NCBI GenBank assembly: GCA_001179505.1
Contig: CDMY01000850.1
Coordinates: forward strand, 124,001-188,000
Length of the DNA stretch: 64,000 bases
Direction: 5' to 3'
Origin: Vitrella brassicaformis CCMP3155
Lineage: Eukaryota > Protista > Chromerida
A program made the position numbers and the translations under genes. The notes under the pieces are model-generated. The model saw only the letters and a program-made list of their open reading frames with translations, was not told the DNA's origin and made no database searches. Numbering within the stretch: the stretch's first letter is position 1; each line of letters opens with the position of its first letter. Shown in pieces: positions 25,801-36,989 of the stretch.

Positions 25801-28800
25801 TCTCTCATCCGCCTCACGAGGGACGCCGCAAGATCGCCCTCGTCCAACTCACCCAGATCCAGATCAGTGTCGCGACGGCCATGGGCAGGCGACAACTGCA
25901 TCTTATCGCTCAAGCGGGTGTTGCGCTTGCTGGTCTTGGCTGTCTTGGCGGCGCGAGGAGGTGACAGACTGCCTATGCCGTCAGACGCGTCGGTCATCGG
26001 CTGCTCCTGCTCCTTCCCTCCCTCATCTTCCTCCTCTTGAAGCCCGTCCAGCCACGCGGTGTCGATGATGACCGCTCTCTCGCGATGGTAGGCACGGTGG
26101 GCGGCGTTGCGGTGCTGGATGGCCATCCTGAGGGCATCAATGATGGCGCTGCGAGAGGTGAAATCGGTGATGTGGAACAGCTTGTGTGTGCGGGCGTCCC
26201 TCCAAAGCCCGGACTGGAAGGCATTATATTGCCAGTACACTCCCAACCTGCCGCACGCACCACGAACAAGGGCAGAAGATCCAATGGGCGCGTGACCTCT
26301 GTCATTGCCCTGTCTGTCTGTCTGTCTGAGTTTCCTTACCCGCCAGTGCCCCGTGGAAAGACGACTCCCTTCTCTTGGAGCTCCTCCTTCAGCCGCACCA
26401 CCAGAGCTGCTGCAAACTCCTTCCCACGCGACGCAGTGCGCTGATCCACCGGACGTCTCGCTGGTCGACCCCTGCGATGACGCCGGACCGAAGCACCCGT
26501 CTCAGGCTCGTTCGTCGAGGAGAGACCTTGCTCCTCCCTCTCCTTTGCCCGCGTGAGCCGTGAAGCGTCGATCAGCACCGCCTGATCTCCGAAGTGCTCG
26601 CGGTGGAGGGCGTTGCGGTAGGCGAGAGCTTGCTGCGCCGCGTCGATGATGTCCGACCGAGATGACATGTCGGTGACCTTGAAGCCCCTCTTGCCGATTT
26701 GTGCTCCAGCGCCAGCAGCGATGTAGGCCTCGAACTTTTCTGTGCTATAATTCCACGTGAGGCCGACCCTGGTACACCGAGTACAGAGAACATGGTCACA
26801 AGAGATGCAGTCAGTAAGATATCGACGCCGGCTGGCAATCCTTACCCTCCACGACCCCTGAAATGCTCTGCAGGACCGAGTCGCCTCAGCAACGCTCGCG
26901 CAAGAGCTTCCCCCGTCAGCCCATCCAGCCCTGCCCCACCCAGCTGTCGAGCCATCTGTCGGGCCGCCACCATGCGCGACAGCTGCGTGGCGCCGGGCCG
27001 CTGGAGGCTTTGATGACGGGTACCAGGTGGGGAGAGAGGGCTCTCGGGCGATAGGTACCTTGCTGTGCGCCTTGTGTGATGGTGGCGGCCCCCTTGGCCT
27101 CCTTGCTGCTCCTCCACCTCTCCCCGTGTGAGGTTGATGAACGTCGCCTGGTCACCGAGAAATGTGCGGTGGAGGGCGTTTCGCCGCTCGACAGCCAGCT
27201 CGAAGGTCTTGATGATGTCTTCGCGCGGACCGTCGAGAGAGACTTTGAGTCCCTCTTGGCCGATCTTCACGTCCGACCTCCGAGAGACGTAGATCGCAAA
27301 CTCACCGTTGGTACGATTCCACGAGATCCCGACCCTGATCACGAAGCGCACAGGACATACCATGTATGATCAGACGACGTGGCAGCGGCTCCTTCCCGAC
27401 TCATCAGTGCTGGCCGACCTTACCCTCCACGGCCCATAAATGGCGAATGAGGACCGACTCGCCTCAGCAACGCTCGGACAAGAGCCTCCCCCGTCAGCCC
27501 ATCTGTCTGCCCGGTCGGCTGTGAGGCATCGCCACGTTGCTCGTGATGAGTGTCCGGTGGAGAGAGAGGCACGTCGGGTGCGAATCGCTCCTCGGGCGGT
27601 TTGGCACTGGGAGGCCCCACCCCAGATGGACGGCCAGGGGGCAGGGAGGTAGGGTGGGGCGGCTGGAAGGTGCTCAGCCCTGAATGCACACATACACACG
27701 TTATGTGATGTGTACCGATGCCCTCATCCCGTTCGTTGTCTTACCAGCAGGGCTCAGCTGCAGGACCCTTTGCACCTTGCCGTCGACTTCCACAGTGACG
27801 GTCTCGAAGCGGTCGTCAGTCTCGGCCACACCCTCGCGAATGGCCTTGAGCACTGCAGTGAGCCTGTTGGTGTCCCACCCTCTCTCCGCTCGGATGCACA
27901 ATGCACGAGCCCACAGTGTGTCGGGCCGTCCCCCATCGCGGGCGGTGACAATGAAGCGCTTCCCGTCGCCCTCATCCTCGACTGTGAAGTGCAGCCCCTC
28001 GTAGGCCACATGGTGCTTCCATCGGCCACCGGGGATGCCCTTCTGGCGAAGGACCTTCATAAGATGATCGCGAAGGGATGGAGGCGCCGAGGCCCTTCTC
28101 TCTGCCGATGAGGTGTCTGCTTCCATCCTCCTGGGGAGAGGATGGGGACGCTGTTCTGACGGGCTGGTCGTCTTGGGTGCTGGGGGTGGGGAAGGTGGTG
28201 GCAGTAGCGGTGGGGGCCCTTGATTCTGTGCGAGGGGAGGTGGTGGCGGTGTGCTGGGCGTCTCGGACAGCCGATGCTGCGGTGGTGGAAGCGAAAACGA
28301 ACCTGGAAACACACAAAGCCAACAAACCGTTGACATGCCTTCTGTTCCGCCCCCCCTCCCTCCTACCGGCAGTGTCTGTAGGTTGCTGCTGTGTCTTGGG
28401 CTTGCTCCTGGCCATTGCCGGTGCTCGCGGATCGTAGATGGCATCATCGTCCTCATCCTCGTCGCCGGTGATCTTGGCTGCTCGGCTGCCTAATTGCCTC
28501 TTCCTTTTGCGGGGTCGAGGGGCGGGAGGGGGACGCTGTTCTGATGGGTTGGCCGTCTTGGGCGCTGTGGGTGGGGGCGTTTGGTTTTGGGGGCGGGGCG
28601 GGCGTGTGTGTGTGTCTGGCGTCGTGGGCAGTCGATGTTGCGGTGGCGGAGGCGACAGTGGACCTGAGAAGACAACAGCAACGGACCATTGGCGTGTTTT
28701 CCTCTCTGCCTCTCTCCCTGCCCGCATACCGGCAGATGACTCCTTTGGGCAGAGTACCCGCTTGCCAAGTGTCATCCGCAGCTCAAACGGCTCATCTTGG

Positions 28801-29669
28801 CCTACCGGCCCACCAGCCCTGGCGCGCTCAAGCAAGGCTGTCAGCCGACGCAGATCCCAGCCGTTCTCCCCGTCACGCCGCACCGCGGGATCGCACACAT
28901 GTACCGCCTCGCCCTGGCTGTCATCTAGCGGCCCTGCCACCACGTGCAGAGCGTCACGAGAGTCCTTTGCGGGCCTCACGCCGAACTCTTGGACATCCCG
29001 ATAGGCCTGGTGGAACATGCGTAGGTCACCGGGGTCACTCCTCTTGTAAAGGATATCTCTCAAGGATTTGACCAGCGGGGCAGGCTGACTTGGGAGAGGT
29101 CGAGGGGCTCTGTGCTGATGGGGCGGTGACGGAATCAACGGATGCGCACGAGGGAGAGGCGCCGCCACCGGTGCCCGTGCACGCTGGCGAGCTGTCGCAT
29201 CAGCCAACGCTCCCTGCGTGGCTGCAGCCGCATCTCGGCGGCCTGGGCCTCGAGCACCACCACCTCCTCTACCACCACCACCACGACCAGCAGTCGCCCC
29301 GAGATGCCCTTGATTCGAGTATAGGGCGCGTGCGAGGGACCCCACACGCGGCTGCTGCAATGAACCGCCACCCGGATGGCAGTGACGACTGGCAGGGGTG
29401 GTCTCAGGCGTGCATGTGGCAGTGGGAAGCCGACTCTCCGGCTCAGGCACCGCAGCTGGTGCCGCAGCGGAGACCTTTGGCTGCGCATTGCCGAGAGCCG
29501 ATGTCGCAAGCATGGAAGAGGCGGGCGGGACGTCCTCAGCGGGCGAGGAGGACATAGCGGCAACACCCCCGACAGGAGGTGCCCTCGGGTGGACGGGATC
29601 TATCGACAGATCCGCTTCTGTTGCTGGGGCCGCGTCTGCCGAATGACGCAGGACTCCCGTAGGCTGCAT
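19899..29669 (-). CDS. Very large multi-AP2 DNA-binding protein: 2 copies of an unknown N-terminal domain, 10 divergent AP2-like modules, 2 canonical AP2, SANT/Myb-like, 2 SAM-like domains
   Basis: Phase-consistent chain of minus-strand exons. Canonical AP2s HQSDVVGVCWYEQDQAWMAHW...KSKYFYISEHGFNKAK|ALAEHHRREME and HQSGVRGVTFNQGNNMWLARWQQGGQRKARRFSVAQLGYNGAMQAAIQALE. Repeated modules begin G[IVL]xW. Confidence 0.8.
21837..27334 (-). repeat. Tandem array of exon-sized AP2-like protein modules (divergent at DNA level)
   Basis: Module exons start near 27334, 26768, 26247, 25674, 25136, 24603, 24146, 23615, 22430 and 21837. Shared motifs are IIxxFxxAVxxRNxLHxxxLGDxAxxIDxxWL and, before most junctions, LxGxxLAxALLxR...G[RTS]GG. 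Confidence 0.85.
27750..29070 (-). repeat. Internal duplication: Pro-rich segment plus a ~110 aa unknown domain, two copies
   Basis: DNA similarity gggacgctgttctgatgggttggccgtcttgggcgctg (~28530) vs ggggacgctgttctgacgggctggtcgtcttgggtgctg (~28145). Protein motifs SLRDxL and GWDxxRLTAxLxxxRxG...DxxFE occur in both copies. Confidence 0.75.
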
Positions 29670-30437
29670 GGGTATCCGTAACACGCTTGAACGTCACATC
29701 ACGTGACTGAGATGCTGAGTCGAAGCAGATGCCTGGTCGTCGAGGACGCAAGATCTTCAAGTAGGACAGAAATCTATCAGACAGCTGCTTTCCACGCACG
29801 AATCGCAGCTCTTTGCTTCTTGAGGGGCAACTGCGAGTTTAGCTGGAGGCGTGGATCGGAGGAAGAGGATTTGACTCATTGCAAGTGGCTTCTGATGAGG
29901 CTGTAGTTGGTTTTCTTGTGCTCTGCTCAGACCATCCGAAGGAGATGGTCTAGATCAACACAGGAAGTGGCTTATACACGCTTATACACAGCCTACTGGG
30001 GCACGTATTCAGTTGCAGGGCAAGAAAAGTGCGTTCAGCGCCTTCGGGCTGCATCAAATGTGTGTGTGGTCAGTATCCGTGCGTTTGTGTGTGCACACTA
30101 CACGCGTCTGAAGCACGGAACTGTCGACTGACTGACAGGTGCGGTGCCACCGCACATCCCCCCCTCAACCTAATGTGTGTATGCATGGTACCAACAGTCA
30201 GTACCGAAACCTTCGATAAACACCCGATAAATACAAAGTCCTGCCTGCCTGCATGGCCTGCATCACTACACACTACCTACTCACCTACTCACTTACATGT
30301 GGTCCCAAAAAATGTGTCGAGCGGCGAGAGAGTCACATGACATGCACCTCACAAAAAGGGGCACACATCATGACGTACGTACCTTCGGTAACCTACAGCT
30401 ACGTTAGTTACGGTGCACTAAATGGCGGGACGGTCGG

Positions 30438-32045
30438 TCAGTCGTAGCATTTGTTTGCCTGGTAGGTGACGGAGCGGATCAGCGAGCTGTAGTACCTCCC
30501 CGACGCCTTGATCGTCCGGTTGCGCTCCGCGTCGCCGTAGTCGACATACACAAATCCATACCTGACACACAGACAGACACGCGGACGGGCCCCATCTCTC
30601 TCTCTCTCGGTGTGTGTGTGTGTGCGTGTGTGCGTATTGTGGGGGGGAGGATGAGGACCTCTTATCGTATCCGTCGACCCAGGAGAGGTTATCGAGGAGC
30701 GACCATGCGAAGTAGCCGCTCACGCGCACATTGTCCTCGAGGATGGCCTTGGACAGCTCAGCCAAATACGTCTCGAAGTAGAAGATCCTGCATGCCATGC
30801 CATGCCATGCGGTGCGTGGGGTGGAGACAGACAAGATTGATTGGGTGCAGTCAGTGCACACACATAATACGGCGGTGCGGTACGGATGCATGTAGTATTG
30901 TACCTCACCTCATCTGGTCGCTCAGGTAGTCCTCCACATCTGACTTCTTCTCGTCAGACATGCCTGCAAGCAATGCGTTCACGTAGCATAGACAGCACAC
31001 ACAGAGCAACGCCTGTCAGTCATGTCATGGGCAGCCCAGCCTCGAATCCGCATCCATCCAATCCACTCTCGCTGCCTCTGTCTGTACCTACCGTTTTCGG
31101 TCACGATGATGAACGGCGGGTTCCATTTATCCTGGATGTAGGCCAGCAGCCGCCGAAACCCCTGACACAATTTATTAATAACACATACAGCACCGCAGCC
31201 AGCCACACATGCACTGTTCATTTCGCTCCGGTGCGTGCCCACCCATGGGACGGCGTACAGCCACCATGTGGCGGCGTGCGGCCCGATGACCACGCCATTG
31301 CGGTGCCGAGTCTCCGCGCGTGGGCTGGTGCTGTCGACGTACCTGCAGACACCGAACAGGCGGTGCGGTCACTGAAGTGTCCTCAGCCAGATGTGTGTCT
31401 GTGTGTGTGTGACAAACATGGTGGTGTAGTGGTTGAGGCCGAAGAAATCAGATGAGTTGCGGATGAGGTTCCTGTCCGCTGCAGTCATGTTGGGCAGCAC
31501 GTGCGGGTATTCTTTCCGAAGCGATGCGGGGTAGAAGCCGCTGCCATAGACAGGCTCAGCGAACCACCCGAGTGCACTGTCCATCTCAATTTCGCACTGC
31601 CTCTCGTCCTCGGGGTTGGAGGGGTCCAGTGGCACACGCCAGTCTGGTCACAAACACAAGACACACCAATCGAAGTCGGCCGCAAGTGGATAGATCGGAT
31701 GGATGGCGGGTGGACGTGTGACGTACCTGCGTTGAGTGTGAGGCCGACCTGTGCGCCAGGCCGCTTGGGTGCGAAGTCCTTTTTGAACAGTCTGTAGGCC
31801 TGGTGGGGGTGGATGAGTGGATAACACAAACGAACGCGCACCAAGGTAGGGGAGGCAGAGTAGCGGCTGCCTGCCTGTCTGGCTGTCTCGTTAATTGGCT
31901 AACCCGTGCGTGTGCTTTGAGTGCATTGTGGCCGCACTTCAAGTGATCTGACTCGGAGATTACGCCAGGGGCATCTTCACACCAATCAATACATACCAGC
32001 ACAGGAAACACACACAGGGAGGGACCAAGGCACACGTGAGGCCCC

Positions 32046-32076
<31 letters not shown>

Positions 32077-33236
32077 CTTACGCGAGCCCCATTGGTATCC
32101 CAGCTTGCAGAACACCCAGGGCTCGTTCAGCTGCAGCACACACAAATCCTTACACGGTCAACACCCAAGCACACGCACTCAGCCAGTTAACTTACTGTGA
32201 TCCAGTATTTCACGGTGGGCAGTTCGGTGAACATGAGCTTCGCGAAAGTGACGAAGGCCTCCACGATGCCATCCTCGCGCCAGTCGAGGTGGTCGGGCAT
32301 GTCCCAGTGATAGAGCGTCACCACAGGCTCGACGTTCGCCCGCTTCAGCGCCCTCACGAGATTCTTGTAGAAGGTGATCCCTGCATCCACACAGAGAGGC
32401 CCAGCCAAATCAGGGCACACAACGGGTGTTGACTTTGACATTTGACAGTCCTGTACAGTCCCCCACCAGCTTCGTTTCTGTACATGCCCTGCTTGAGGAC
32501 GCGCGTCCAGCTGATGGAGAAGCGGAAGTGGGTCAGGTTGAGCTCTCGCATCGTCTCGATGTCCTCTTTGTACTGCAGTACACGGGGGTACACACGTGGA
32601 TGGATGAGGAAGGGTTGATTGCAATGCCTGCCTGATCAGTCGGTCGGGCCGCCTACTTTGCGGTAGAAGTGAGCCGCCTCGTCGCCCGTGTCGTCATTGG
32701 CGACCTTGCCGAGGCCCATTGCCTTGGACTGGTGTGTGAACACGTCCCAGATGCTCGCTGTCCGCCCTCCCTCGTTCCACGAACCCTCCACCTAACACAC
32801 ACACACACACACACACATACAGCAGAGCCGCCGTTCTTCTCATGAGGGTGTCACACACACACACACTGCCTCCCTCCCAGCTCACTCACTGACTCACCTG
32901 GTACGCGGCAACGGCAGCGCCCCACATGAATTCGTTGGCGTGCAGCTCTCCCCCTCTGAACATCTTCCGGATTGCTGCGGCCATCTGCCCCGCCGTCGAC
33001 TCCTCCATCCGCTTGCTGCCGGCGCAGTGGCTGACATTGCTGGGCTTCCGGGACACACGCGAGTCGTCGCTTTGCAGGGCCCTGACGAGGCTGTTTGCCC
33101 TCCCTCGAGCAACTGCATCACCGGCGTGTTTCGTCACAAGGTCTGCGGCGGTGGCGTCGGCGACGCCGAAGAAGGGGTTGGCGAGGAGCAGTGACGAGAG
33201 GAGAGGGAATGAGACCGCAGGGAGGGAGGTCGTCAT
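30438..33236 (-). CDS. Glycoside hydrolase family 1 (beta-glucosidase-like) with signal peptide, multi-exon
   Basis: FMWGAAVAAYQ|VEG, FRFSISWTRV, VTLYHWDMP, acid/base LNEP, nucleophile IIVTENG, GYFAWSLLDN, R|YGFVYVD. Hydrophobic N-terminus MTTSLPAVSFPLLSSLLLANPFFGVADA. Confidence 0.95.
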
Positions 33237-33317
33237 GACGACTGTACGTGTACCACAATTTCGTCCCGCCTTCCGTTTACAAGTCGAGAAACCATATCGC
33301 GAGGGGATCCTCAAATC

Positions 33318-34195
33318 ATGGCGGCTGCAGCTGAAGCGTAAGATCCACGCCCACCCCACAATGATCACTATCGAAATGGCTCTCTCTTTTCTCTCTGTTT
33401 CCCTCCCCTCCCCCCCCCCCAGGGCCTTCTCGCCCGAGAAGACCGACGGCGAGGGGCTGTATGTGTCGCGTGAGGAGCTCCAGAAGCAGAATGCTGACCT
33501 CAAGTTCAAACTACAGAGGGCTCAGGAGGAGAAAGCGCAGCTGGGGGTACTCAACACAACAAGGAAGATCTATCTGTCCCCCCATGGTGTGGTGTCACGC
33601 ATTTCCTTTGGTGTGGTGTTTGTGTCTGTAGGGCCGCATTGCGTATTTGGAGAATCTGCCGCCCCGTGTGGAGGTCATGGAGGTGCAGAAGCCCTCGTAT
33701 CGCACCTTCACCTACGAGAACGCCGACCGCATGAGAGCACTCCGAAACACCATACAGTCACAGCAGGTGCGAATGAATCATCATCCTTCCGATGCATTGT
33801 CCGTGTGCCGTCCTCCCTCCATGTTTCTCTCTTGTCATCCATGTCATGTCTGCCCACTGTTAGGATGAGTTGGTGGAGCTGCGTGCCAAGTTGGTGGCGG
33901 AGCGGGGCGCCAAACCGCCGCCAGAGATCATCGAAAAAGAAGTGGTCGGTCGGTCACTCAGCAGCCCTGCTCAGGCGCGGAAGGGATCCGTGTGTATGTG
34001 TCTGTGCATGCGTGTGTCGCTCCAGTACATTGAGGTGCCCAAGGTTGAGACCAAGGTCATCGACATGTCGCAGGAGAGCGCCGCCAAACTCGCAGAGTAC
34101 GTCGACCAGGTCAAGAACCTGCAGCAGCAACTAGCCGCCAAGGTAAGGTAACATAGGCACCTGGGCAAAGCCCATCCAAATGTCGTCCATCCGCC

Positions 34196-34226
<31 letters not shown>

Positions 34227-36574
34227 GATGAAGGAGAGCGAGTTGGCGGGGCTGCAGGCCGCCCGCAGTGTGGAGGTCCGTGAGGTGGAGGTGGAGAGCG
34301 GCCCGCGCATCCGCATGCTCATGCAGCAGATGCGGGAGAAGGAGGAACAGATCGCTGGTCAGTCAGTCAGTCAGTTGATGGATGAATGGATGGATGGATG
34401 GATGGACGTGTCCATGCCTGTCTCCTCTCTCTCTGTAATCAGAGTTGGCTCAGGAGTGCCATCGGCTGAGGAACCTGCCCCCCACTATCGAGAAGATTAT
34501 CAGGCAAGCGAAAGCGGAAGGAGACGCTACACGAAGATGAAGATGGACAGCACATGGGACGGGACCTTCGTGGTGTGTCGTCCTTGTCTCTCCGTTGCTG
34601 ATGCAGAGAGCGTGTGATAGAGGTGCCACAGGTGGAGACTGTTCGTGTCAGAGTCAGCAACGACATCAATGTCGAACGCATCCGCCAGTTCGTGCTGGTA
34701 AGAACCGACACACACCTCCCCCACGCCACCGTCCGCCCTGCATTGTGTCCGCTTGGCCTGCAGTCTGAGTTGCGTCGTCTGGAGGAGTACATCCGCCGTT
34801 TGGAGAGCTGCGGGGCCACCGTCATCGAACTCAACCGCACCGCTGAAGGGCTGCGCACCGTGGCTAGAGATCTGCTGGTGTGTGTGTGTGTGAGTGTGGG
34901 AAGGAGTGATGCCACAAACAAAGAGAATGCGGGCAAGGCATTTGTTTGATGCATTGTGCATTCTCTTGTGGCAGGATCTGATAGAGGAGGGGCGACACGC
35001 CGAGGGACCGCTCAAACAGGTAAGTCAGTACTGCAGTGCACTGCAGCCAGCCAGACACAAAGCGTAGAGATCCACACCCACCACCTGTTTGTGTGTTCAT
35101 GTGGGGCGAGGCAGATATCGACCGTGACGCTGCCCAGACGAACGCTGCAAGCATACACACCCGACCCGGCAAGCCACAGAACAGCAGCACTCTCCAGGAT
35201 TCATCACCTCCACACATCCATCTCCACCATCTGTGTCTTCCCATCCCCCCCTCCCCCGTCCGTTCTTTCGTCAGAACGACAAGGTGGATGTGCGCTTGTC
35301 TGAGTTGCTGATGGAGTGCCCCTGCGCTGTACCCTTCTACCGCATCGCTCACAAACAGTCAGTCGGCACATAGGTCGACCAACAGTCAGTCCCAGACAAC
35401 GCCTGTCTCTTTGGGTCTGGTGTGTGTGTGTGTGCAGGTATGAGTTTGGTTCCCTGGTCGTGCATGTGGATTTCGCCCCCGACGGCGTGGACCTGCAGGT
35501 CAAGCTCATCGACTACCCCAACGTCCAACCTATGGGATTCAGAGTAAGGCACGCAATGAGACGGAAGTATTGTGTGTGTCTTACTTACTGTGTCCGTCGG
35601 CGATCAGGTGTTTCTGTCAACATACGAGCGGCAGGAGTTTCAGAAACTGAAGTTCATCACACAGGGTGTGTACCTTACGTCACGTGGCTGGGGAGCGGAG
35701 CCTGGCTATGGTACAATCCAATCCAATCCATGCCCTGTTTGTGTGGGTGTGGGTGCAGGTGAGGTGCAGCTGCAGCACCTGCCCGTCTCGAGGACCATCT
35801 ACGAGAGTCACACGTCGGCCACGGCGCCGCAGGTGCAGATGCAGGTACGGCAACGGCAACCACCGCACCGTTTTCACAGACAGCGGGAGATTGATTGCAG
35901 TGACTCTCCGTAACTTTTCTTCCCTTGCAGGTGATTCAGGGCGCTGGCGCGAGTGGCTCGAGTGTGTCGTATCACGGCGGCACGGTCCTGCCGCCAGGGA
36001 GAGGGGGGGTATCCACACAGCAGCGTGTCGTCGATAGCAAAGTAAGATAGATAGGACCGCACAGACAGCAACAGGGCTGACACGCAACCATTCTTGGCGC
36101 CTGCCTTTTCCTGGTCTTGGTGACACTGTCGCAGGTTGTGTATCAGCAGCCTGCAACGGTCCGGCAGCCCCAGTACACAGGTCACATCAACGAACGAGGG
36201 GAGAACAGAGAGACAGACATGTGCAAAGGCGTTGGTTGTGTGTGTGTTGCCGTCAATCATCTAGTGTCGAGTTACAGCGGTGGCGTGTATGGTTCTTCCA
36301 TCGCCCAGCCACACACAGTGACCACCACACACACCACCGGCACCCCTGCAGAAGGTCCCCAATGGCACACACACGCGCGCACACACGCGTCTCATCTCAT
36401 GTGTGGTGATGGTACGTGTGTGCAGGTCGGGACGCCGGGCGCATCGGTCTGCTGGCACAGGCCTTGCAGGGTCGTGACATGTTGGGAACGATAGCCGAGG
36501 GCAGCGGCGGCGGCACCGAGTCGGACGACATCTACCTGCCCTCACAGCCGCACCCCTACACTAGCCCCCAGTGA
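33318..36574 (+). CDS. Coiled-coil protein with V/E/K/I-rich alveolin/IMC-like repeats
   Basis: Exons give EELQKQNADLKFKLQRAQEEK, PPPEIIEKEV|YIEVPKVETKVID, PTIEKII...VIEVPQVETVRV. Start and end are approximate. Confidence 0.6.
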
Positions 36575-36989
36575 TAGAATGAAGATGCCTGCCTGTGGGG
36601 TACCGACGGAACCATGAGTGTGTGTGTGTGTGTGCGTGTGTGTGGTTGCGGGGCTGACTGAGAGATGGGTGGACTGATAGAGGGGAGGGGTAGAATTGGA
36701 AACATTCCTTGACGCTTCGGCCACACGCAGACGCGGGGCCAATCATGAAGTCAAACATCAAGCACCCGAATTAGTTTAGGCACACGACACATAGCAGCTA
36801 CATACCACACACGCAACCAACACGCAGACAGACAGACTCGCACGCTCTCACGCACAGCTGAAATGGGGTAAGGTAAAGCCTACACACACTGCCATGCTAG
36901 CTATGCTCCCTAACACACCACACCAGCCCTGACAGCCACCCGGCCCTGTGTCTCTCTACTGCCCCCATCAATCCGCCCGTTCCTTCCAT

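Noticed and set aside
21837-27424. Regularly spaced repeats as a CRISPR array or transposon
   Set aside because: The repeats are protein-level exons with GT/AG introns. There are no identical DNA direct repeats, TIRs, or transposase/HNH catalytic motifs.
29699-29706. TCACGTGA palindrome (G/E-box) just upstream of the multi-AP2 start
   Set aside because: A single 8-mer in GC-rich DNA is not distinguishable from chance without genome-wide data.
32926-34134. 402 aa plus-strand ORF
   Set aside because: Its first part is antisense to GH1 exon 1, and it then runs through introns of the alveolin-like gene. Composite artefact.
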